NCBI GenBank assembly: GCA_963696385.1
Contig: CAVOKF010000008.1
Span: forward strand, 704,001-768,000
Length of the DNA: 64,000 nucleotides
DNA from: an uncultured delta proteobacterium
GTDB lineage: Bacteria > Myxococcota_A > Polyangia > Polyangiales > Polyangiaceae
Reading direction: 5' to 3'
Position 1 is the stretch's first letter, and each line of letters starts with the position of its first letter. The position numbers and the translations under genes are program-made. Positions 28,645-39,172 of this stretch are shown here, piece by piece. The notes under the pieces are model-generated. The model was not told the origin of the DNA and did not search any database. It saw nothing but the letters and a program-made list of their open reading frames with translations.

Positions 28645-30052
28645 GCTCTATTTTTCGTCTTTCGCGAACGCGCGCGATGGACACGAGGTTGTTCGCGATG
28701 ATGCTCCAACCGACGTATCGTTTGAAGCCACGGTCGCCCTTGTAGTGCGCGCGCACCATGCCGAAGCGATGCTTGAGCGTTCCGATGCGGGCCTCGATCC
28801 CGGCGCGCCATCGCAGTGCGCGTCGGAACCAACGCTGTTTCTGGTGCTTCTTGCGTTTGCTGGAGAGGGGACCTCGTGCGGGGATGGCGACACGATCGAC
28901 GCCGGACTTGCGCGCCGTGGATTCATTCTCGGCGGAGAAGAAACCTCGGTCGGCCGTTGCCGTCTTCGGCGCGCGCCCGAAAATCGTTTTGTGTTGCGAA
29001 ATGGCCAATGCCCACGCGCCCGAGTCGGCGGGATTACCATCCTTGACGTCGTAGCTGCTGACGATCCCGTTCTCGACTTCGTCGACCTGCACGAGGCGGC
29101 CGAACTCGGTGGGCTTGTGCGCCTTGCCCTTGCGGATGGCCTGGGTGTGCTCCTCGAAAAGGCTGAGAATCTTTCCGACGACGTGCGTGTCGCCCTTGAA
29201 GACACGGGCCTTGGTTTGGGAGATCACCTTCTTGATGAGGGGCACGAAATGATCGAGGCGCGCCGCTTGGCCAATCACGCGCTTCGCGTTACCCACGACG
29301 GCAAGTCGGTTCTCTTTCAAGTCGCTCTGGACCCTCTCCGCTTGACGGACGGCGTGTCGCATGAACCCGAGCAGCTTGCCGTAGCTCTGCTTCATGCGCT
29401 CTCGATTCGCGTCGGTCATGACCTTCGCCGCGCGATGGATCTCGAGGACGCGATGCTTGGCGGCGCGCGCGTGATCGGTGACCTTCACGGCGCCCTTGGC
29501 GCACTCGCTTGAGATGCCCTTGAGCGCGCGCGTGACCACACGGATGCCGTCCTGGAGAAGGGAGCTGTCGGTCGGATGGTGCACGTTGCTCTCGACGACG
29601 GTCGTATCGGTGCGCAGCTTGTTGCCTGGCGCAACGCGATCGACGCGCGCCTTCTGGACGAGACGCTCGTGGATGGCGCGCGTGCCCTCGTCGCCGAGCG
29701 AAGCGAACGAACGGCTAAAGGTCGCGAAGTTAGGGATGGCGTCCTGATCGAAGCGAGTGAAGCGGCGGTACACGAGGCTGGCGCGCAGCTCGCGCTCGAG
29801 TTGGCGCAACGACCACTGCTTGATGTGCTTGAGCGCGCAGCAACGAAGAAGTCGGTCGGGCGAGATTCCTCGGCGCCCCGTCGTACGTGACCTCTCGTGA
29901 CGCCGCTCGAGTCGGTGCTGCACGAGCGCGACAAGCTCCTCGTCGTCGAGCAGCTGGTCGATCGGCTCGAGCAGGTCGTCCTTGATGAGAGAGGCTTGCC
30001 GATCGAAGGCGACATAGAAGAGCGAGGACTGCCGATGAAGGCGACCAACCAT
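28616..30052 (-). CDS. DDE transposase (ISNCY/IS5-like)
   Basis: RTDTTVVESNVHHPTDSSLL, IRKGKAHKPTEFG, ADRGF, WRAGIEARIGTLK. Confidence 0.93.
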   Translation of the reverse strand: MVGRLHRQSSLFYVAFDRQASLIKDDLLEPIDQLLDDEELVALVQHRLERRHERSRTTGRRGISPDRLLRCCALKHIKQWSLRQLERELRASLVYRRFTRFDQDAIPNFATFSRSFASLGDEGTRAIHERLVQKARVDRVAPGNKLRTDTTVVESNVHHPTDSSLLQDGIRVVTRALKGISSECAKGAVKVTDHARAAKHRVLEIHRAAKVMTDANRERMKQSYGKLLGFMRHAVRQAERVQSDLKENRLAVVGNAKRVIGQAARLDHFVPLIKKVISQTKARVFKGDTHVVGKILSLFEEHTQAIRKGKAHKPTEFGRLVQVDEVENGIVSSYDVKDGNPADSGAWALAISQHKTIFGRAPKTATADRGFFSAENESTARKSGVDRVAIPARGPLSSKRKKHQKQRWFRRALRWRAGIEARIGTLKHRFGMVRAHYKGDRGFKRYVGWSIIANNLVSIARVRERRKIEHDAQTKRAA

Positions 30053-30244
30053 GCATAATCGATTACATCGAGTAGGCCTTCCGTCAAGTGAAATCGGCTC
30101 GAAATTTCGACGATGTGCCACGCCGCCCACGCGCACGCTTCGGCATTACAAGGTCGGACGCCCGCGCTTTCGCAACAGGCTATAGTCTAGGGCGGGGTCC
30201 GCGAAACCCGCAGAAAGCCGACCCGAGCCCGCCCGTTCGCGGCT

Positions 30245-31778
30245 CTAGGCCTCCAGGCGAAGCGACAGGAGCATGTCGCCGATTCTCGGAGGCGAGAAGC
30301 CCGCGGTCGGCCCCTCCGTGCGCCTGCGACCACGCCTCCCCCGCGAGGGCATGCAGCATGACTCCGGTGCACGCGGCCTCGAACAGCGGCAACGAGCACG
30401 CGAGCGCGCCGATGATGCCCCCCAGCAGATCTCCGGCGCCCGCGGTGGCAAGCGCCGGGCAGGCGACCGGCGTCACGGCAAGGCGGGAGTCGGGCGACGC
30501 GATGACCGTGTGAGCCCCCTTCAACACGACGACCGCCCCGGTCGCCGCGACCAACTCGCGGGCTGCACGGAACCGGTCCGAGTCCACTTGCGCTGCCGGC
30601 CGGTCGAGCAGCCTTCCGAGCTCGCCCGGATGGGGCGTGAGGATCGCGTTCTTGGACGCCATGAACGTGGTCGGTCTGCCTGCGAACATCGACAAGGCGT
30701 CGGCATCGACGACGATGGGCCCACGCCACGTCGCCAGAACGTACTCGACCAGCAAGCGCGAGTCGTCATCCAGCCCGAGCCCGGGCCCCACGACGACCGC
30801 GTCCTTGTCCTTCAAAATCGCGTCGAGACTCGCCCCGGTATCGCCTCGATCGATGCGCGCGGTCATCACCTCCAGCAAACGAGACTCGATGGCGCGCGCC
30901 GACTCGGGCCACGTCGCGATGGTCGTTAGCCCGGCGCCGGCTCGCATGGCTCCGTGCGCGACGAGCTGCGGCGCCCCGACCTTGCCGGGCGATCCGGCGA
31001 CCACGAGAACGTGCCCCGCCGCGGTCTTGTAGGTGCCGGGCGTTCGGCGCCCGTACCAGCGCGCGATGTCGCTCTTCTCGAGAAGCTGCGCCGAACTGCC
31101 GACGTGCCCCACGAGCGAAGCGGGCACTCCCAGACCGACGACGTGCACGCGCCCCGAAAGCCGCGAGCCATTGGGGGTGAGCAGTCCGAGCTTGTGGTGC
31201 GCGAACGTCGCGGTGAACTGCGCTTCGACGGCAGCGCCCGGCGCCGCGCCCGTGTCGGCATCGAGCCCAGAGGGCACGTCGAGCGCAAACCGCGGAGCCG
31301 TCGCGCGATTGATTGCGTCGACGACCTCCGCGAGCCACCCCTCGATGGGCCGGTCGAGCCCGGTCCCGAAGAGTGCGTCGACCACCACGTCTGCGTCGGC
31401 GATCGCCTGGGCCAAGCCGGAGACCCGCGCACCGGGTGCGAGCTCGCGGACGTCCCCTCCGACCCCGCGCCATGCAGCCAGATTCGCGGCAGAATCCGGC
31501 GAGACGCGCAGGGCGTCGCCGACGAGAAACACGACGGGCGACGCACCGCGAACGGCCAGGTGGCGCGCAAGCACCAGGCCATCGCCGCCGTTGTTGCCGG
31601 TGCCGCATACGACCACGGCCCGAGCCCCGCGCGACGAGCCCGGCAGGACTTCGCGGACCAGCACTTCAGCGGCACCGGCACCGGCATTTTCCATCAACAG
31701 CAAGCTCGGCACGTGGCACTTGGAGATGGCGTGCGCGTCGAAGTCACGGACCTGGGCCCGCGAGAGAACCGGCATCAT
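30245..31778 (-). CDS. nnr: Bifunctional NAD(P)HX epimerase/dehydratase (+1 indel near 3' end)
   Basis: LMENAG, CGTGNNGGDG, VDALFGTG, DVPSG, GPGLG, VDADAL, LTPHPGE, LATAGAGDLLGG. GAGAATCGGC at about 30283 restores ASEIGDML if one A is removed. Confidence 0.92.
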
Positions 31779-31804
31779 GGGGGCAGAATAGACAACCGCT
31801 CGCG

Positions 31805-33664
31805 CTACCGCGAATTTCCGCGCTCGCTCGGAATCCAAACGTGAAATGCCATGCCTCCGGCCTCGGTGCTCTCGACCGCGATGCTGCCGCCGTGCAGCTC
31901 GACGATCGCCCGGGCGAGCCACGGTCCAAGGCCGAGGCTGCCGTGCTTGCGCACCCGTTCCGGGTGCTTGAAGGCCTCGAAGACCTTCTCGCGGTCTTCG
32001 GCCGCCGTGTTGATCGCGGTGAGCTCCACGTCGATCCGGAGCTGCTCGCCGTCGGCCGGCATCGCGGCACGCACGGCGACGTACCGGCGATCGGCAAGTC
32101 GCAACGCTACGAGAACGATGGCGGTCAGGGCCTGCGAGAGGCGTACCGGGTCCGCCAGAATGCGCGGAACCCCGGGTTGAATTTCGCCGACGACCTCGGC
32201 TTCGTCCCCGGCGGTCAGCATGCGGGCGTCGAGCAGCGCCGGCATGACGACGTCGCCCACGCGCGTGATTTCGGGTGCGATCGTCAACTCGCCGGCCTCG
32301 GCCCGCGCCGCGTCGAGAATCGTTTCGATGAGATACAAGAGCTCTCGACCGCGCCGGTCGATGATCGCGAGACTCTCCCACTGCCCCTCGGTGAGGGGGC
32401 CGCGCATGACCAGATCGGCGAAGCCGAGCACGGCGTTGAGGGGCGCCTTCAGGTCGTGGCTCATCGACGCAAGAAACAGGCTGCGCGTTCGCTCCGTCGC
32501 GGCGCGCGCCTCGATCGCGCGCTCTTGCGCGCGCGCGAATTCACGGAACACCCCACCGAGCGCGTCCGCGGCCGCCATCAGGTCCGCCACGGACCGGAAC
32601 CGCACCCAGCTATGGAGGCGGTTGCCTCGCAAGACATCCGCGACTCCGGTCGCGGCGAGCTCTCGGGTCGCGAGCACCACGTCGTTCGCGAACATCCTCC
32701 CGATGCGCTGGCCGAGCGCCCAGGCCACGCCGATGGCCACGAGCGCCAAGGCCAGATACACGCCCGTCCAGAGACTGAGGCGGGCGGTTCGGACGCGCAC
32801 ACGAGCGTGACCGTCGGTGAGCGGAACGGTCAGAATCGTCGTTCCGTCGTCGCTGCGGGTCGCGGAGAAGAGAGCGGGCGTGTCAAAAACGCTGAACTCG
32901 AAGGCGTAGGCGCGCGCCGCCTCGATGGCCGCCCTGCGACCGCGCGTGTCGCCATCGATCACGTCGAAGACGCCTCGCGCCAGCTCGGCGGCGTCGTTTT
33001 GCCTCGAAGACGAATCGAACGCGCGCAGATGCGCATGAACGAGCAAGGACGCTCCCAACGCGACGAAAGTGACGGGTGCCACCACGGCCAGAAGCAACCT
33101 CTGACGGACGCGCTCGACCCCGAGCCTGCGGGATCGTAGTTGCTCGATGACTTCTCGGGCCACGCCCACCGGCGCGAGCTCGAGCGCCCGGGCGACCGAC
33201 GCTCGGGCGCCGACGTAGGCCGGCAGGATCGCGACGCTCGCCATGGTCATCACGAGCAGGACGAGTTCGACCTGCGTGTAGATGTCGTTCGTATCGGGTC
33301 GCACCGGACGCACCAGGGTCACCGAGCAGACGGCGAGGGTCACGGCGAGATCGACCGCGACGAGGTGCGCCGGAGCCGAGTAGAGCGTACGGATCTCGGC
33401 CGGTTGAACGCCGGACGCACCGGCGGCCAACTTTCGGAGCACGGGCCGCAGCCGGCGGCCCAAAAGACCCGTCGAGACGAGGACCAAACCGAGCGACACG
33501 CCCCATCCCCACAGCGCGAGGCGAGTGCTTCCGGCGATCACGCGCTCGTCGAGCAGCAAGAGTCGCGGCGCAAACACCACCACGATCATCGCGGTGACCG
33601 CCCAGGCCACGGACTGGATCGCGACCAGCCGCCCGACGAGACCGGCTGCGGCATTGCCCTTCAT
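31805..33664 (-). CDS. Multi-TM histidine kinase-like protein with degenerate ATPase domain
   Basis: H-box SMSHDLKAPLN intact. N box reads LSQALTAIVLVAL, no DxGxG, G2 reads SLGLGPWL. Confidence 0.85.
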   Translation of the reverse strand: MKGNAAAGLVGRLVAIQSVAWAVTAMIVVVFAPRLLLLDERVIAGSTRLALWGWGVSLGLVLVSTGLLGRRLRPVLRKLAAGASGVQPAEIRTLYSAPAHLVAVDLAVTLAVCSVTLVRPVRPDTNDIYTQVELVLLVMTMASVAILPAYVGARASVARALELAPVGVAREVIEQLRSRRLGVERVRQRLLLAVVAPVTFVALGASLLVHAHLRAFDSSSRQNDAAELARGVFDVIDGDTRGRRAAIEAARAYAFEFSVFDTPALFSATRSDDGTTILTVPLTDGHARVRVRTARLSLWTGVYLALALVAIGVAWALGQRIGRMFANDVVLATRELAATGVADVLRGNRLHSWVRFRSVADLMAAADALGGVFREFARAQERAIEARAATERTRSLFLASMSHDLKAPLNAVLGFADLVMRGPLTEGQWESLAIIDRRGRELLYLIETILDAARAEAGELTIAPEITRVGDVVMPALLDARMLTAGDEAEVVGEIQPGVPRILADPVRLSQALTAIVLVALRLADRRYVAVRAAMPADGEQLRIDVELTAINTAAEDREKVFEAFKHPERVRKHGSLGLGPWLARAIVELHGGSIAVESTEAGGMAFHVWIPSERGNSR

Positions 33665-35184
33665 GTCGAATCGCCTCGAGCCGGGTCCCAGGCGGGCAGG
33701 AGCACCTTGAACGTCGACCCTCGGCCGAGTTCGCTCTCGACGTCGATGAGCCCGTCGTGCATGGCGACCAGGCGGCGCGTGATCGCCAGACCCAACCCCG
33801 TGCCTCGTCGCCGAGCGCGCTCGGCCGTCGTTTGCTTGTATTCCTGGAAGATGGAGGCCCGTTCCTGCAATCGGATGCCGGGGCCCGTGTCTCGCACCGT
33901 GAATCGCGCGAAGCCCGCTTCGTGGCCCACGTCCACCACCACTTCGCCTCGCTGAGTGAACTTGACGGCGTTGCCGACGAGATTCGTCAGGATCTGGCGC
34001 ACGCGCTTTGCATCGGCGTCGGCAAATACGTCGCGCGCCCCGTCTACGCGCACCACGACCGGACGTTCTCCGACGAGTCCGACGGCTTCGCGCACGACGT
34101 CGCTGGCCACGGCCGCGAGATCGACGGAGGTTCGTACGAGCTTCAGCTGTCCGCTCTCGAGGGCACTGAGGTCGAGGATGTCGTTGATGAGCTCGAGCAA
34201 GTGCCTTCCCGAGGCTCGGATTTGATTGACCTCCTCGCGTGCCTCGGGGGCCAGGGGGCCGTCGACCTCGGCCACCAGCAGGTCGGCAAAGCCGAGAATG
34301 GCGTTGAGCGGGCTTCGCAGTTCGTGGCTGACGGCGGCAAGGAATGCCGCTTGATCGCGGTCGGCCGCCCGCACCCGCTCCAGATCGGTTCGGTAACTCG
34401 ATCGCGCAGCCGCGAACCGGTCCACCAGAGCGTTGAACGCGATCGTCAAGGCACCGACCTCGTCCATCGTGCGCACGGGCACGACCTCTCCGGCCGGCTC
34501 CGATAGGACGTGCGTCATCGCGCGAACGCGCTTGGCGACGAACTCCACGTCGCTGTTGGCGTCGCGCGCGACGGCGAACGCCATCGCCGCGGCGACACCG
34601 ACCAGCAGTGTCGTCAGGGCGACGAGGGCGCGCAGAAGGGCGGCTTCCCCGTCGGGAGCCACGGGCTCGCGCACGAAGGCGACGAGAGCGCGAGAGCGGT
34701 CGAGCGGGACCGCCGCAAAGCGCGTCCGACCCAGGCCGGTGAACGCTTCGCCCGACCCCTGCACCACGATGCGCTTGAGGGCGGCTCTGTCGGCAAGGCC
34801 GAGGCTGGCGTCGAGCACGATGCCGCCCTCGGGCGTCGCGACCACGATCTCCGCCCCGGTTTGGCGTGCTGCGCGCTGCATCGCCTCCAGCCGTTCGGAG
34901 GCAGGAAGCCGCGACAGACGTCCCGCGAGGGTCGACGCGATCGACCACGCCCGCACGGAGGCGTGTGCGTCGCTCGCAATCGACAAGTCCGACACGCCGA
35001 CCACACCGATCGCCACGGCAATGGCGAGCCCGACGACGATCACCGCCACGGGCGCGAGCGGAACCATCGGCCATGCCGTGCCGGCCCGGCGAGTGGAGGT
35101 AGGCGGACTCGGCGGCGGCAGCGTGCGCCGGACAGCGGCCGCCGCCGGTTCGGCGGTCGATTGCACGGTTTGCACGTCCGCCAT
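33661..35184 (-). CDS. Sensor histidine kinase (TM-HAMP-HisKA-HATPase)
   Basis: DEVGALTIAFN HAMP, SHELRSPLN, NLVGNAVKF, DTGPGI, GTGLGLAI. Confidence 0.95.
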   Translation of the reverse strand: MADVQTVQSTAEPAAAAVRRTLPPPSPPTSTRRAGTAWPMVPLAPVAVIVVGLAIAVAIGVVGVSDLSIASDAHASVRAWSIASTLAGRLSRLPASERLEAMQRAARQTGAEIVVATPEGGIVLDASLGLADRAALKRIVVQGSGEAFTGLGRTRFAAVPLDRSRALVAFVREPVAPDGEAALLRALVALTTLLVGVAAAMAFAVARDANSDVEFVAKRVRAMTHVLSEPAGEVVPVRTMDEVGALTIAFNALVDRFAAARSSYRTDLERVRAADRDQAAFLAAVSHELRSPLNAILGFADLLVAEVDGPLAPEAREEVNQIRASGRHLLELINDILDLSALESGQLKLVRTSVDLAAVASDVVREAVGLVGERPVVVRVDGARDVFADADAKRVRQILTNLVGNAVKFTQRGEVVVDVGHEAGFARFTVRDTGPGIRLQERASIFQEYKQTTAERARRRGTGLGLAITRRLVAMHDGLIDVESELGRGSTFKVLLPAWDPARGDST

Positions 35185-35197
35185 CTTAACGCCGTAA

Positions 35198-35536
35198 ATG
35201 TCGATGTCTTGGCACTTGCACCTCGCTGGGGCAGGCTTACGCTCGGAGCGACTCTCGGGCGCGGGAATGCGCTCGCTCGTCACTCGGTTGAGATCGCGCA
35301 TGCTGCAAACCCATCTGACGTTGGGGGTAACCCTCGTGGTGTACGGGTGGCATGAGAGCCAACCCGGAACGCTCGCGTGGGCTTTCCCGAGCCTGGCCGC
35401 GGCGCTGCGTGGCGTGCACGCGTTGCGCAATGCCGCGCGCTGGCTCATCGTCGAAGGTCACCGCATCTTCGACGAAGACGTCGACGTGGACGCGTTGCGC
35501 CGCACCGGCGGGGTGCTGCTCGAGGGCGCGGCGTAG
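35198..35536 (+). CDS. Small hypothetical protein
   Basis: C-terminal half (VVYGWHESQPGTLAWAFPS...) looks protein-like. True start likely downstream. Confidence 0.45.
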   Translation: MSMSWHLHLAGAGLRSERLSGAGMRSLVTRLRSRMLQTHLTLGVTLVVYGWHESQPGTLAWAFPSLAAALRGVHALRNAARWLIVEGHRIFDEDVDVDALRRTGGVLLEGAA

Positions 35537-35648
35537 CGGCGTCGGCGTCTCGGGGGTCGATTGACGGGCCCACCACCGGTCACGGCCGATCGGATGTCTG
35601 TTGCGAGGCATGGGTCCCAATGGGTCGTTCGACCGTGACGCCTGCCGC

Positions 35649-36497
35649 TTATTCCTCGTACGTCGCCCCGGCGGCGCCGATGACGATCTCGTCACGCTCC
35701 TTGACCCTCACCTGCAGCGCCACACGGCCCGCGCCCACGCGCCACCCGTCGGTCACGAGCGTGTCTCCGGGCCATACGGGGCGCCGAAACTGCGCCTCGA
35801 ATGTGCGCAGCCGTGTCGCGTCACCTGCGCACAACGCTTTCGCCACATGTCGGACCATGAACCCGAACGTACAGAGGCCGTGCAAAATCGGACCCTTGTC
35901 GAATCCCACGGATCGCGCGAAATCCGGGTCCGCGTGAAGAGGGTTGCGGTCTCCCGAGAGCCGGTAGAGGAGCGCCTGCTCGATCGAAGTCCCCTCCTCT
36001 ACCGAAAACGTCGGGGGCTCATCCCTGGGCCGCTCGACCAGGGGCCGCTCCTTGGGGGGAGGTTCACCGCCGAAGCCCCCGTCGCCGCGGAAGACGATCG
36101 ACGACGTGGTCTCGGCCACCAGCCGGCCCCGTTCGTCCTCGGATCGCGTGTCGACGACGACTTGCGCGAAGCGACGCAAGTCGTAGACGCCGCGGACGGT
36201 GGCCGTCGTGACGAGCGTGCCGTTCGGAGCGATCGGGGCGTGAAGCGTCACGCGTTCGCCGCCATGAACGATGAGGCTCATGTTGCCGCCCGATCCGGCG
36301 AGCAGATCGAGCATCGGTACAAACTTCGGCACGACGGCGAAGCTCGGCAACACCTTGGGCCCGCGGCCCTCGTAGAGAAAATCGAGCTCCTCTCGCTTCG
36401 CCCCGACGCCGAGCGCGTAGAGCACGGTATCCCGCCACGAATACGAGTGGGTGGAGGGCGCATTCGAACGACCGGCAAGCGACGGGTCGACAGGCAT
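35649..36497 (-). CDS. MaoC-family (R)-enoyl-CoA hydratase, double hotdog
   Basis: LYALGVG, VHGGE, LYRLSGDRNPLHADP, ILHGLCTFG. Confidence 0.92.
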   Translation of the reverse strand: MPVDPSLAGRSNAPSTHSYSWRDTVLYALGVGAKREELDFLYEGRGPKVLPSFAVVPKFVPMLDLLAGSGGNMSLIVHGGERVTLHAPIAPNGTLVTTATVRGVYDLRRFAQVVVDTRSEDERGRLVAETTSSIVFRGDGGFGGEPPPKERPLVERPRDEPPTFSVEEGTSIEQALLYRLSGDRNPLHADPDFARSVGFDKGPILHGLCTFGFMVRHVAKALCAGDATRLRTFEAQFRRPVWPGDTLVTDGWRVGAGRVALQVRVKERDEIVIGAAGATYEE

Positions 36498-36570
36498 CGT
36501 GGCCGCGGGAGCATCGACTCTGGCCGGCGAGCCGTCAACGCGCCCGATGCTATGAGGGACCCTTTCGGGG

Positions 36571-39153
36571 ATGGCTCCACGGATGGCCGCCGCACCGCCC
36601 ACATCACCGCCCAAAACGAAGCGCGTGCTGCTCGCCGACCGCGTTCCGCCGCGCCCAGGTACGCCGCCCGAGGATCTGCTGGATCTGTTCCTCGGTCACG
36701 TCCGTGAGCTCGGCCTCGAGCTTTACCCCGCGCAGGAACAGGCCATCCTCGAGCTTCTGTCGGGCAGCAACGTCATCCTCGCGACGCCGACGGGAAGCGG
36801 GAAATCGCTCGTCGCCCTCGCCATGCATTTTCTGGCGATGAGCCAAGGCAAGCGGAGCTTCTACACGGCCCCCATCAAGGCGCTGGTCAGCGAGAAGTTC
36901 TTTGCCTTGTGTGCGGATTTCGGGCCCGATCACGTGGGCATGATCACCGGCGACGCGTCGGTCAACCGCGACGCTCCGATCGTGTGCTGCACGGCCGAAA
37001 TCGTCGCGAACCTCGCTCTGCGCGAGGGCAAGCGCGGCCCGATCGATCGTCTCGTCGTCGACGAGTTTCACTACTACGCCGACAAGGACCGGGGCGTCGC
37101 CTGGCAGATTCCGCTTCTGGTGCTCGAGCGCGCACAATTTCTCTTGATGAGCGCGACACTCGGTCCGACCGAAGCGTTCGACCGTGCGCTCACGAAGCTC
37201 ACCAAGCGACCCACCGTGACCGTCCGGTCGGCCGATCGGCCCGTGCCTCTCCGCTTCGAGTATCGGGAGACGCCGCTGCACGAGACGATCATCGAGCTCG
37301 CGCGCGCCGGACGCGCTCCGATTTATGTCGTCAACTTCACGCAAAGGGCGGCGGCCGAAACCGCGCAAGATCTGATGAGCATGGATCTCGTGACCAAGGA
37401 GCGAAAGCGGCTCATCGGTAGCGAGCTCTTGAGCGGGATTCGCTTCGACACGCCGTACGGCAAAGAGGTGAAGCGCTTCCTGGCGCACGGGATCGGGATT
37501 CACCACGCAGGGCTTTTGCCGAAGTACCGGCGACTCGTCGAAAAGCTGGCGCAAAAGGGACTCCTGGCGATCGTGAGCGGCACCGACACGCTCGGCGTGG
37601 GCGTCAATATCCCCATCCGATCGGTGCTCTTCACGCGCCTCTGCAAGTTCGACGGCGACAGGACGGCGCTGCTCGGCGTGCGCGAGTTCCAGCAAATCGC
37701 CGGAAGGGCGGGCCGCAAGGGGTTCGACGACAGCGGCGATGTCGTCGTGCAGGCCCCCGAGCACGTCATCGAGAACATTCGATTGGAGCAGAAGGCGGCC
37801 GGCGACCCGGTCAAGACCCGGCGCATCGTGCGTAAGAAGCCGCCCGACAAGGGGTACGTGCATTGGGACCGCGCGACGTTCGACCGCCTCGTGAAGTCGC
37901 AGCCCGAACCGCTCGTGTCCAGGTTCAGCGTCTCTCACGGTATGATCCTGAGCGTGCTCGAGTCCCCGGACGCGGGCTGCCTCGATGTGGCCCGCATCAT
38001 CCACCGGTCGCACGAGCGGCCCGCACAGCGGCGGATCTTCGGCCGAGAGGCCAAGGCGATGGTCGACACCCTCGTGGCCGCAGGAATTGTCGAAATCGAT
38101 CCCCATCAGCCCCGAAAAATCAGGCTGCACGTCGATCTGCAGGACGACTTCTCGCTTCACCACGCGCTGTCGCTCTGGCTCATCGATACGATCGACTTGT
38201 TGGATCCGTCGAGCCCGAGCTACGCGCTCGACGTCATGACGTTGGTCGAATCGATCTTGGAAAACCCAGACTTCGTACTTCGCCAGCAGATCGAGGCCCT
38301 CAAACGAGTCAAACTCGCCGAGCTGAAGATGGCCGGCGTCGAATACGAGCAGCGCATCGAGGAGCTCGAGAAAATCGAGCATCCCAAGCCACTGCGCGAA
38401 CTGGTCTACGATTCCTTCAATGCCTTCGCGCGCGCTCACCCGTGGGTGCGCGGCGACGACGTGCGGCCCAAGTCGATCGCGCGGGAGATGGTCGAACGGT
38501 TCATGGACTTCAACGAGTACGTGCGAGAATACGAACTCGGTCGCGCCGAAGGGACGCTTTTGCGTTACTTGAGTGACGCGTACAAAGCGCTCGTCCAGAC
38601 CGTACCGGCGCCGGCGAAGACGCCGGAGGTCGAAGAGATCGAAGTGTTTCTGCGAGCGATCGTGCGATCCGTCGATTCGAGTTTGCTCGACGAATGGGAA
38701 CGCCTGGCTTCAGGGGTCCCGGAGCCGACGAACGACGAGCGGGGCCCGTTTCCGGAACCCACGCCCCAGGACATCACCCAAGACGCACGCGCCTTCGCCG
38801 TGCTGGTGCGAGCCGCTCTCTTCCAGCTGATTCGCGCGCTGGGCCGCAAGGATTGGGCCGGTGCGGCCGCGATGGTGTCCGCGGCGCCTGACACGGAGCC
38901 CTGGTCGGCGGAACGCTTTGCGCGATCGATGTCGCCCTTCTTCGAGGAACACACCGCGGTCCGGACGGACGCGAGCGCCCGCCTCCAGGACCGTACGCGC
39001 ATCGATTCGTCCGCGCGGATCACCTGGGACGTCGTCCAGGTGATGAGCGACGTGGAAGAAGACGACGACTGGATGCTTTCCTGCTTCGTCGATCTCGAGG
39101 CCTCCGCGCGAGACGGCAAACCGGTCATCGTCATGCGAGGCATCTCGCGCTAG
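36571..39153 (+). CDS. Ski2-like DEAD/DEAH helicase (DUF3516-type C-terminus)
   Basis: TPTGSGKS, APIKALVSEK, DEFH, MSAT, HHAGLLP, TDTLGVGVN, QIAGRAGR. Confidence 0.93.
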   Translation: MAPRMAAAPPTSPPKTKRVLLADRVPPRPGTPPEDLLDLFLGHVRELGLELYPAQEQAILELLSGSNVILATPTGSGKSLVALAMHFLAMSQGKRSFYTAPIKALVSEKFFALCADFGPDHVGMITGDASVNRDAPIVCCTAEIVANLALREGKRGPIDRLVVDEFHYYADKDRGVAWQIPLLVLERAQFLLMSATLGPTEAFDRALTKLTKRPTVTVRSADRPVPLRFEYRETPLHETIIELARAGRAPIYVVNFTQRAAAETAQDLMSMDLVTKERKRLIGSELLSGIRFDTPYGKEVKRFLAHGIGIHHAGLLPKYRRLVEKLAQKGLLAIVSGTDTLGVGVNIPIRSVLFTRLCKFDGDRTALLGVREFQQIAGRAGRKGFDDSGDVVVQAPEHVIENIRLEQKAAGDPVKTRRIVRKKPPDKGYVHWDRATFDRLVKSQPEPLVSRFSVSHGMILSVLESPDAGCLDVARIIHRSHERPAQRRIFGREAKAMVDTLVAAGIVEIDPHQPRKIRLHVDLQDDFSLHHALSLWLIDTIDLLDPSSPSYALDVMTLVESILENPDFVLRQQIEALKRVKLAELKMAGVEYEQRIEELEKIEHPKPLRELVYDSFNAFARAHPWVRGDDVRPKSIAREMVERFMDFNEYVREYELGRAEGTLLRYLSDAYKALVQTVPAPAKTPEVEEIEVFLRAIVRSVDSSLLDEWERLASGVPEPTNDERGPFPEPTPQDITQDARAFAVLVRAALFQLIRALGRKDWAGAAAMVSAAPDTEPWSAERFARSMSPFFEEHTAVRTDASARLQDRTRIDSSARITWDVVQVMSDVEEDDDWMLSCFVDLEASARDGKPVIVMRGISR

Positions 39154-39172
39154 AACGACGGTCCTCGCCATC

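Larger units (their letters stand above)
27687..30182 (-). mobile_element. Insertion sequence (ISNCY/IS5-like DDE), 2496 bp, with passenger ORFs
   Basis: Perfect 15-bp TIRs TAGCCTGTTGCGAAA (27687-27701) and TTTCGCAACAGGCTA (30168-30182). 7-bp direct repeat TAGTCTA at 27680-27686 and 30183-30189. Confidence 0.92.

Noticed and set aside
31805..35074. 1089-aa kinase ORF
   Set aside because: The N-terminal part is an off-frame read of the upstream kinase; the real start is 33664
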